18,157 nt of DNA from Octopus sinensis (lineage: Eukaryota), in NCBI RefSeq assembly GCF_006345805.1, contig NW_021824614.1:1-18157 (forward strand), in the 5' to 3' direction. The notes below the pieces were generated by a model. That model saw nothing but the letters and a program-made list of their open reading frames with translations, made no database searches and was not told the origin of the DNA. The first letter of the stretch is position 1, and each line of letters begins with the position of its first letter. Made by a program: the position numbers and the translations under genes. This document shows positions 8,672-18,157 of the stretch, piece by piece.

Positions 8672-9052
8672 CCAATACTCTTATTTTTATTACTTGCTTT
8701 CACTTTACTACCGAGCGCAGCTCTATGTGCCTTGGGTATGTGCTCTGATTTGTTGTGATGTTCTGATGATTGCTGTACTGGAAGTGTTCTGCGTAGGATG
8801 TGTGCAGTGCCTAGTAGTGCAATTTTCTGTATGTAATATATATTTTTGAAAGTCCTGATGTTTTGTTATGTATTAGTCTGAATATTTTTTATCATACCTA
8901 ATGCGCCTACTATGGATAGGAATTGTGTCTGTTTTTAGATTCCACATTCGAGTTCCCTCTATTTCCAGGTCCTTGTATTTTGAAAGTCTCTCCATTTCTT
9001 TGAGAGACACGTTGCCATCAGCTGGTATTGATACAGCAATTAGAAAGCATTT
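8671..9052 (-). mobile_element. 5'-truncated R4/Dong-type non-LTR retrotransposon: C-terminal restriction-like endonuclease region plus 3' UTR
   Basis: Minus-strand translation with frameshifts: KCFLIAVSIPADGNVSLKEMERLSKYKDLEIEGTRMWNLKTDTIPI/IVGALGMIKKYSD*YITK/../IQKIALLGTAHILRRTL. This is the typical RLE C-terminus (IDVxIP, KxxKY, VGALG, ALLGTAHILR). It has a stop, frameshifts and A in place of the expected D. Confidence 0.9.
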
Positions 9053-9077
9053 ATTATTATTATTATTATTATTATTA

Positions 9078-9122
<45 letters not shown>

Positions 9123-9139
9123 CACCATCATCATCATCA

Positions 9140-9171
<32 letters not shown>

Positions 9172-9277
9172 GTTATTGTTGTTGTTATTATTATTGTTGT
9201 TGTTGTTGTTATTATTATTATTGGTATTATTATTATTGTTGTTGTTGTTGTTATTATTATCATTATTATTATTGTTG

Positions 9278-9308
<31 letters not shown>

Positions 9309-9309
9309 A
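9050..9309. repeat. Compound trinucleotide array (TAT)n/(CAT)n/(TGT)n
   Basis: Directly visible; explains the poly-Y/H/C, poly-I/V and poly-L ORFs. Confidence 0.95.
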
Positions 9310-10005
9310 TCAAATTGACCATAAAAAATATGACTCTACATACTCAAGTGACTCTCGGCTTGCAGATGATATTGCATTTCGTAGTTTCCTGGTTTATAGC
9401 TTTAACACGTAAACACACGCCAATTTCATTGCATACCTCTCCATACAGGCACACACACACACATATTACAAGAACAGAAAAAAATCTCTGGAAACAAATC
9501 CAAAAATCATGAATATTGAGAATTTACCTAAACCTTACTTCATAAGATATAAAGAATTCTACTGAATGAAAGAAACTTTTCTAGATAGTAAAATGCCGAA
9601 TATGCAGTCGTTTTATTATTATGAAAATGTATATAAAAACTGCCTTGCCAAATATGTTGATAAAGCGAATTACGAATAAAATGCTATTGGATATTGAAAT
9701 ATTCGTATCAGAAATCAATATAACGCTTGAGTAAATGTTATGCCGTATTTTGAAAGGCTTTTAAAATATTTTGATTTGAAATTCCAATGGGATTGACGCT
9801 GACTTCTATTCACCTGAGACGAATGCGTTTGTGTGTGTCTGTGAACGTGAATATAAAGGCATGTATGTATGTATGCATGTGTCAATGTTTGTATTTGTAT
9901 GTGTATATATCCAAGCTCACACAAACAAACATACATTTTAACTTAGGCGTATACATTAAAGATTTACATATATACATGACAGAAACAAATATATATACAT
10001 AGGTT

Positions 10006-10033
10006 ATATATATATATATAGATATATATATAT

Positions 10034-10078
<45 letters not shown>

Positions 10079-10149
10079 CTAAGTTTTATCTAAGTTTTCT
10101 AAGTTTTATATATATATATAGATATATATATATATACATATATATATAG

Positions 10150-10188
<39 letters not shown>

Positions 10189-10190
10189 AT

Positions 10191-10236
<46 letters not shown>

Positions 10237-10244
10237 ATATATAT

Positions 10245-10276
<32 letters not shown>

Positions 10277-10290
10277 ATATATATATATAT

Positions 10291-10343
<53 letters not shown>

Positions 10344-10358
10344 TATATATATACATAT
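10006..10358. repeat. Long interrupted (TA)n array
   Basis: Directly visible. Confidence 0.95.
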
Positions 10359-10801
10359 AATTCATATGCGTGCGTAAGTATGTATAAGTATGGATGTATA
10401 TATGCAATTCAGGCTTATTTCTCGATTACTTGCCAATGGAGAAAGATTTGGTTTCCAACCTGGATTAAAGTATCTATTCGAATTCTAAACAGTATTAACA
10501 CAGAATTTGTGCAAAATTGTGCATACTAAGGTCATTTGTCGTGCATGTGCATATGCAGATTTGTAGGTCTTTTTCTGATGTGTGTATACACAATGAGTAT
10601 ATTTTGGGTCTAATTTTGGATTTCGTGGATTTATTAATCGTATGAATTACTTATTGCTACATAGTAAAACGTAAATCAGTAAATATAGTATCTATTAAAG
10701 GTGGCATGACAAAGTTTCAATACAATTGACTAATATGTTAAAGCTCTGCATTGACTGTAACGAAAACGGGTGTGTGACCATGTCTCTAGTGCAGTGAAAG
10801 T

Positions 10802-11448
10802 GTCGTTGCGTGTGGAAGTACGTCGTGCGTGTGGAGGTACGTCGTACGTGTGAAAGTACGTCGTGCGTGTGGAATTACCTCGTGCGTGTGGAAGTACGTC
10901 GTGCGTGTGGAGGTACGTCGTGCGTGTGGAAGTACGTCGTGCGTGTGGAAGTACGCCGTGCGTGTGGAGGTACGTCGTGCGTGTGGAAGTACGTCGTGCG
11001 TGTGGAAGTACCTCGTGCGTGTGGAAGTACGTCCTGCGTGTGGAGGTACGTCGTGCGTGTGGAGGTGGGTCGTGCGTGTGGAAGTACGTCGTGCGTGTGG
11101 AGGTAGGTCGTGCGTGTGGAAGTACGTCGTGCGTGTGGAAGTACATCGTGCGTATGGAGGTACGTCGTGCGTGTTGAAGTACGTCCTGCGTGTGGAGGTA
11201 CGTCGTGCGTGTGGAGGTAGGTCGTGCGTGTGGAAGTACATCGTGCGTATGGATGTACGTCGTGCGTGTGGAAGTATCTCGTGCGTGTGGAAGTACGTCG
11301 TGCGTATGGAGGTACGTCGTGCGTGTTGAAGTACGTCCAGCGTGTGGAGGTACGTCGTGCGTGTGGAGGTAGGTCGTGCGTGTGGAAGTACATCGTGCGT
11401 ATGGAGGTACGTCGTGCGTGTTGAAGTACGTCGTGCGTGTGTGAAAGT
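10802..11448. repeat. 19-bp minisatellite, consensus GTCGTGCGTGTGGA(A/G)GTAC, 34 units
   Basis: Counted by hand. Unit 1 is 20 bp (10802-10821), units 2-33 are 19 bp each (10822-11429), and unit 34 is degenerate. No spacers. Confidence 0.97.
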
Positions 11449-11829
11449 TTCTGCTTTGAACCTTGACTTTCGGCCATTGTATTAATTTGATGCTGTTGAT
11501 ATTTAGTGATAACGCATCACCCTACAACGTATCATGATATTGAATACCCAATATTTGGTACTCTCTGTGATCTTAGCAAACGAGTTTGCCAAATAACGAG
11601 GACGTTCTAAGATGTGTTTTATTTGAACGAGAAAAAGAAACGAAATTAGTAAAGAAAGATTAATCAATTGAACAATGTGTCTCATATTTTTATTGCTTTT
11701 TATTTGTCTTGCTCCATTACGTTTTCGTTGTTTTGCAAAGTTTTTCTTGAAAACATTTCTTGGTGGTAAGACCATCGCGGATCTATTTCTAACTTAAAGG
11801 TTTCCGCATAGTGGTTTCCCTCTAATATG

Positions 11830-11832
11830 TTA

Positions 11833-11922
<90 letters not shown>

Positions 11923-11951
11923 TTATATATATATATTTATATATATTTATA

Positions 11952-12021
<70 letters not shown>

Positions 12022-12074
12022 ATATTTATATATAATATATTTATATATATACATATATATATATACATACACAC

Positions 12075-12139
<65 letters not shown>
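11830..12139. repeat. Long (TA)n array
   Basis: Directly visible. Confidence 0.95.
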
Positions 12140-12142
<3 letters not shown>

Positions 12143-12259
12143 GCAGACTATTATGGCCCTTTCACAGAACACCACACCATCGCGTGTTTAACCATTTACA
12201 GCTGGAAATCCAAGACTATATCTTGCGATCGTGAGCACAAAGCCCTAGCCACAGGATTG

Positions 12260-12385
12260 ATGGATAGATAGATAGATAAATAGATAGATAGATAGGTAGA
12301 TAGTTATAGAGATAGATATATACATACATGCATAGATACATCCATATATAGATACATAAGTATGTACGTAAATACATACATGCAG
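12260..12385. repeat. (GATA)n and (TACA)n microsatellites
   Basis: Directly visible. Confidence 0.85.
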
Positions 12386-13466
12386 ACAGACAATCTTGTT
12401 ATTCATAAGTTCCAACGGATACGTGCTATATTATAACGCCTTCTTCACCCCTTGTCACATAAGTTTTTATATAGAAAATTTTCAACCATTTAATAATTCC
12501 CCTTCCAGAATTTTGCATATATTAAATTTCATATATATTTTATATATAATTCATAGGTTTTCAACATATTTCTTTACATTACCGTAAATATGTTTCCTTT
12601 ATATATTTAACCTTCCTGTATGTGGTACGATTTCATATATTCATTTTTCTTTTAGATTTAATATCAAATATTAAATATCAGTCACTTTCTCCTAACCTTC
12701 TACATCCTACGTCTAGTTTGCAACATATTCTGTTTCTATCAGTTACTCCCCGCTTTACATAAACATTTAGGTTATTCAAAATTACACAATTGTACGCTAA
12801 GTCTCTTATTCGAAATATGAAATCAAATCTTAAATAATAAATATTTAATAGCCATCATGAAATTTTGGTTATATCAAAGCAAATTAATAGCAATTTTATT
12901 TAATTGTTGAATAACATACTTTCCCAACTTAAGCCTAATCTACTTAATACAAATCTTATTTTTCATGAACACTTAGCCTGCGATACACATAAGCCACAAG
13001 ACGTCGCAAACAATGTGTCACGTTTGTTCGTATTACTTTAGATACAGACTCAACATGGCGTCGACTCCTATTGATATTTAAGTAACATTCAACAATTAAA
13101 CACCACACCTCTCAATCGGTTACATTTAATTGCCTTAATCCATTTCTTCAGCGATGAGTTACACGTTATGAGTTACTTTTAATTCTAATTACATTTCCTA
13201 AATATTAGACTTGTTTTGATATTGCATCTTCGATAACTAGAATGTAATGTTATTTTCTCACATTTCGCGCTACTGAAGATTGATCTCAATACAAATGTCA
13301 CCGATCTTTTCCCAGGCTACATCTCACACTGTCTATTATTTTCAGATAAATATCATTTTGCCAACAGATGAAAAGTGTAACTTTTGAGTGATGAACAAAA
13401 TTACGCGCCCTCGAGCACACACACTCACCAGCAAGCACGCACACACGCGAACGTATGTATGCATAC

Positions 13467-13533
<67 letters not shown>

Positions 13534-13610
13534 TAATATATATATATACATATCTATATATATGTGTGTATATATATATATATATAATATATATATATAT
13601 TTATTTATGC

Positions 13611-13641
<31 letters not shown>

Positions 13642-13926
13642 CTATATATATGTGTATATATATATAGTGTATGTATATATATACATACACATATTATGTA
13701 TATGTATATAGAAATAGACGCATTTATATAAATAAATACATACACATATATATATGTATGTATGTATATATATATAATATATATATATAATAATACATAT
13801 ATATATATATGCATATCTATATATATGTATATATATATATTATGTATATATACACATATTTATGTATATGTATATAGAAATAAACGCATTTATATAAATA
13901 AATACATACATATATATATATATATG

Positions 13927-13979
<53 letters not shown>

Positions 13980-13980
13980 A

Positions 13981-14022
<42 letters not shown>

Positions 14023-14110
14023 AATACATATATATATTCTTTACATGTATTATATGTATAAATATATATATATATATAGATATACACATATATATGTAAA
14101 TATACATAAG
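13467..14110. repeat. Very long interrupted (TA)n array with an internal duplication
   Basis: Directly visible; a complex block recurs at 13687-13744 and 13852-13910. Confidence 0.95.
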
Positions 14111-14539
14111 TATATGTATATCTGCATTCATATGTATATTTTTGTATGTGCGTGTGTGTGTACGCGCGTAATGTATGTATGTATAACTGTAAAGTTCATC
14201 CGTACTGTAGGTTATGTGTTGTGAATGAAACAGTGAATAAAACCCAACTAGAAATCGAAGTCATATCGTGAACTCAGCTCAAAATATTCGGTAACGTATA
14301 TATTAATATTATCTTATACACGAAAGTAAAAGTGTTTGTATACCAGGGGAAAATGGAGATAAAGTCCAACGACAATCAAAACAGACTGCATGTTATCGTA
14401 GGGTCCACACATGTATAAATTACGTGGCTGAATCACGCACCCACACATATTATTCGTATTCAGAGATATGAATTTATATATTCAGAGACGTATGTCTTAT
14501 ATATGTGAGTATGTTTGTGTATTCCTAAATTATGCATGT

Positions 14540-14609
14540 ATATATAGACATATGTGTGTGTGTGTGTGCATTTATGTATGTGTGTGTCTATGCACATATC
14601 CTCTTAAGC

Positions 14610-14657
<48 letters not shown>

Positions 14658-14804
14658 GCATACTTAAATATATACAAATACAAATTTACATATATATACA
14701 TATAAACACAAACACACACATATATATATATATATGTAAGCATACATATTTTGTGTTCCTGCGACTGTATACCACACCACACATATATATATTATATATG
14801 TATA

Positions 14805-14862
<58 letters not shown>

Positions 14863-14905
14863 CGGGGGAAGAGATAGATAGATATAGATATAGATATATC
14901 TAAAT
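14540..14905. repeat. Compound (TG)n/(TA)n/(GA)n/(GATA)n microsatellites
   Basis: Directly visible. Confidence 0.9.
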
Positions 14906-15321
14906 ATATAAAACAATTATATTTTATATAAGAAGCATAACATCTTTTACGAAAAAAAAATATATATATAGAAGTGTAAGCAAAATATATTTTACTCTAA
15001 TATAGGAAATTTAGTGACAAAAAAGTAACAAAAATAAAACGAAATCTTTATAAATGCGGTTTTTGCTCCCAAACTGTAAAATATATTGATTTGTAAAGTT
15101 TTTTAAGGAAGAAGGAAGAATGTTTTCTTACACGTATAAATATTTTGAATATCTTGTAGATATAAATCTTGAAAAAAACTTATTAGTAAATGCTAGACTG
15201 AAACAAATAAAGGTCGATTGAATTTTCCGACTAAATAATGAATGTTTGCGTAGAATGGGTAAGAAATACTGACACAGCATTAAATAGATATATATTTGTC
15301 TGCAAACTGGTGACGTTATTT

Positions 15322-15463
15322 GTGTGTGTATATACATACATATATACATACATGTGTACACATATATGTATATATATGTAAGTATATAAACTTATGCATA
15401 TCTACATACAGGCATACATACATACACTTGTGTGTGTATATATGTACATATATACATACATAC

Positions 15464-15516
<53 letters not shown>

Positions 15517-15518
15517 CA
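15322..15518. repeat. (TG)n/(TACA)n/(TA)n microsatellites
   Basis: Directly visible. Confidence 0.9.
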
Positions 15519-15922
15519 TACTCTTTTACTCCTTTACTTGTGTCAGTCATTTGACTGTGGCCATGCTGGTCCAAGGTCTTTAATCGAGCAAATCGACCTC
15601 AGGACTTATTATTGGTCAGCCTAGTACTTATTCTGTCGCTCTCTTTTGCAGAACTAGTAAGTTACAGGGACGTAAACACACTAGCGTCAGTTGTGAAGCG
15701 ACGTTGAGGGGACAAACAGAGACACACAAACATATACACGGACACATATACACCCCCACACATACACACACACATATATATATATATATATGTTTCCGTT
15801 TACCAAATCATCTCACAAGATTTTTGTCAGGCCGAGGCTATAATAGAAGACACTTGTTCAAGATGCCATGCACTGGGACTGAACCGGGAACATTGTGGTT
15901 CGTAAGCAAGCTACTTACCACA
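15519..15922 (-). mobile_element. SINE family B, near-full-length copy
   Basis: Tail tactcttttactcctttacttg, then cagtcatttgactgtggccatgctgg, tcgagcaaatcgacc and a (CA)/(TA) linker. Continues ccgaggctataatagaagacacttg and gggactgaaccggg..aagcaagctacttaccaca. Collinear with 2663-3240. Confidence 0.9.
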
Positions 15923-15983
15923 TATATAACGATGTTTTATAATATTTGTCCACGATGAGCACTAACAAATCACTGGTTGCCCA

Positions 15984-16050
15984 GTGAATTTAGTAGAAGG
16001 CACTTGTCAAACATTCCGCCCACTAACACTCGGTTTCGAAGTGAAAGCCT
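15984..16050 (-). mobile_element. Possible very decayed SINE family B head fragment
   Basis: agtagaaggcacttgtcaa resembles agtagaagacacttgcccaa; the rest aligns poorly. Confidence 0.3.
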
Positions 16051-17639
16051 TTAACGTACAACGCATTAATTTAATATTCTTATTCTTCGGTGTCTACTTT
16101 TCTGTTAATCAGTAGGAATATGTGCCTGAATTTAATTATATGATTTGTTTTGAATTTGCATACAAATTATTATTATAAATGCGAATGCTATGTTCGATCC
16201 TCGTAACCGATTTATGCATGTAGCATCTCATTGCCACTACATATACACTCTGTAATGATTTGTGATGTTCCCTGTATTCTTCATCGGCAGAAATCAAAAT
16301 ATAATTCATATATACACATGTCCGGTTGTGGCTGAGTCTCTATGTGTGTCTCGACAATTTTGTGCGTGTTTCACTATAATCTAATATTTATAGACGGTAG
16401 ATTTGCAGAAGTCAGTCTTTACTTATTTTTACTATTTCTCTCCATAGATAATCCCCAAATGTTTGTCTTCAATACTATCCTGTGTTTGAGACCAATTACT
16501 TGATGTATGCAAAATCCAACTATCGATCGATTATGACAGAAAGCATTTAAGAAAATTCCTTGGTGAGAGAGCTAAGCCTGTTTGCAGTCATGGGACGCAA
16601 GACTCCAGAGGATTTTTTTGTCGTTTTGTATTTCCTTGGAAAATTTTATGGAAAAACCAGTAACGAAAAGTAGAAAACAAAAAAAGATTTCGAGTAGACA
16701 CGGACATAGGTATGTACGAAGCACCGGAAGAACTATAGAAAAATATTACCAGTCTATATAAACAAATGTGGTTTACGCATTTGTCTGTATGCGTTAGTGT
16801 ACATATATTTGTATATTTTTTGGTAGTTCTGCTTCGCTCCTTTTTTTTTACATATAATAACTGTGCACCGATACACTCATACATAGAGACACAAGCACAC
16901 ATACACAGATATTTAAAAGTATGTGTAAGTGAGCAGTATATAAACGCATACACATATGAAAATATGCATATGTATGTGTGTGTGAGGGCGTGTGTTTGTG
17001 TGTGTTTGTTTGTGCGCTGCTGTGTATTGGATCACAAACTTGACCATCTATATAATACATCTATCTATATTTAACATCCATTAGAAATAATTTGGAATGT
17101 TCAAGCGATGCCCCTTTCCTAACACCGAATTACATTCGCACTAACATATTCTAGAATGATCGCTTGTTTTTCGTGAATTTGGCGATCAGTTGGGAGTTGT
17201 AAAACGATGCTTTTGGGAGAAATTAATTTTAATAATGGAAACAAATTCAAGTTTTCTGCATGGTAACTGACCTTCAACGATGAGAGAAAGGTCAGCGAAT
17301 AGATCCCTTGTTTGGCAACCCAACCATGACATGTAGTTTGCTATATGTGGGTGCTTGTATTTTGCGCGTGCATATTTCTTATGATCATTTCACGGTGTTC
17401 TACGAGTGTCCATATAATATGAGAAATGGTTTAACGATAATGATTTGCAAGATATATATTTTACAAGTGTTCAAATAACAAAATTTCAGCAATGCTAAGT
17501 TTCCTTATAACGACATAAGTCTGAAGCAATTTAAATCATTGTGTAACCAAAGTTATTTGCAGTCATAAATATTCCGTGTAAAACAAATATAAACAATATA
17601 AATATTTGGCATAAAACAACATGAACGCATATACACGCA

Positions 17640-17657
17640 TAGAAACATACGTACATA

Positions 17658-17732
<75 letters not shown>

Positions 17733-17829
17733 AATATATATATATATTAGTATATATATATATATATATAATATATATTATATTTATATATATATATATA
17801 TATTATAATATATATATATATATACATAC

Positions 17830-17860
<31 letters not shown>

Positions 17861-18091
17861 CATATGCATATATATACGTGTTTATGGTTGTGGATATTTG
17901 ACATTTACTTATGTTTGGAAGTATCCATGTATGTATGTATGATGCAGTATATATGTATATATGTATGTATGTATGCAAGGGGTTTGGTTTGCGTATGTAT
18001 TATTTATGTTTGTAAAAAACAAACATGTAAATATAAGCATATAAACAATACATTATATTTATATATGTGTATATATATATATAATTATATA

Positions 18092-18136
<45 letters not shown>

Positions 18137-18146
18137 ATATATATAT
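17640..18146. repeat. (TA)n/(TATG)n microsatellite field
   Basis: (TA)n about 17660-17875 and 18058-18146, with (TATG)n between them. Confidence 0.9.
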
Positions 18147-18157
18147 TGCTGCAAACG

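Noticed and set aside
8510-9512. Poly-Y/H/C, poly-I/V and poly-L ORFs, including the 203-aa ORF 8901..9512
   Set aside because: They are translations of trinucleotide arrays plus the antisense strand of the LINE fragment.
10802-11448. CRISPR-like array
   Set aside because: Units are contiguous with no unique spacers, there are no cas genes, and the context is eukaryotic.
10794-11448. GTGAAAGT on both sides of the array as an 8-bp target-site duplication
   Set aside because: It is a variant of the repeat unit itself (also in unit 3), and there are no terminal inverted repeats.
10730-11477. Six overlapping His/Thr/Arg- or Val/Arg/Cys-rich ORFs of up to 200 aa
   Set aside because: The 19-bp consensus has no stop codon on either strand, so open frames with a 19-aa period are automatic. 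There is no flanking coding context.
10759-11730. 10-bp inverted repeat AACGAAAACG on either side of the minisatellite
   Set aside because: It does not extend, is asymmetrically placed, and is compatible with chance.
11503-11775. 90-aa minus ORF with a basic stretch and a hydrophobic stretch (GPCR-like impression)
   Set aside because: No family motif, an in-frame stop shortly upstream, and composition explained by AT-richness.
15160-15258. AG...GTAAGA-bounded 99-nt exon candidate
   Set aside because: All three frames contain stops.
9715-18157. Numerous YIYIYI/CVCV ORFs
   Set aside because: They are translations of (TA)n, (TG)n and (TACA)n.

Overview
Eukaryotic, AT-rich, microsatellite-saturated non-coding DNA. 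The tRNA-derived SINE families and the (TA)n/(GATA)n/(TAA)n load suggest an octopus or other coleoid cephalopod genome (inference from recognition, no database search). I find no intact protein-coding gene: nearly all listed ORFs are translations of simple repeats or of one minisatellite. The window is a transposon graveyard. It holds at least eight SINE copies or fragments of two families (called A and B here), a non-autonomous Helitron-like element (3470-3835), and two decayed pieces of an R4/Dong-type non-LTR retrotransposon on the minus strand (RT 8268-8587; endonuclease plus 3' end 8671-9052). It also holds a CpG-rich 19-bp minisatellite of 34 units with a 5-unit higher-order pattern (10802-11448). 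The best leads are two hammerhead-ribozyme-like motifs (2955-3000 minus; 9-56 plus), both apparently defective here, and a LINE 3' end bracketed by TAA-type repeats, as expected for microsatellite targeting. The sequence alone does not support a new multi-gene system.
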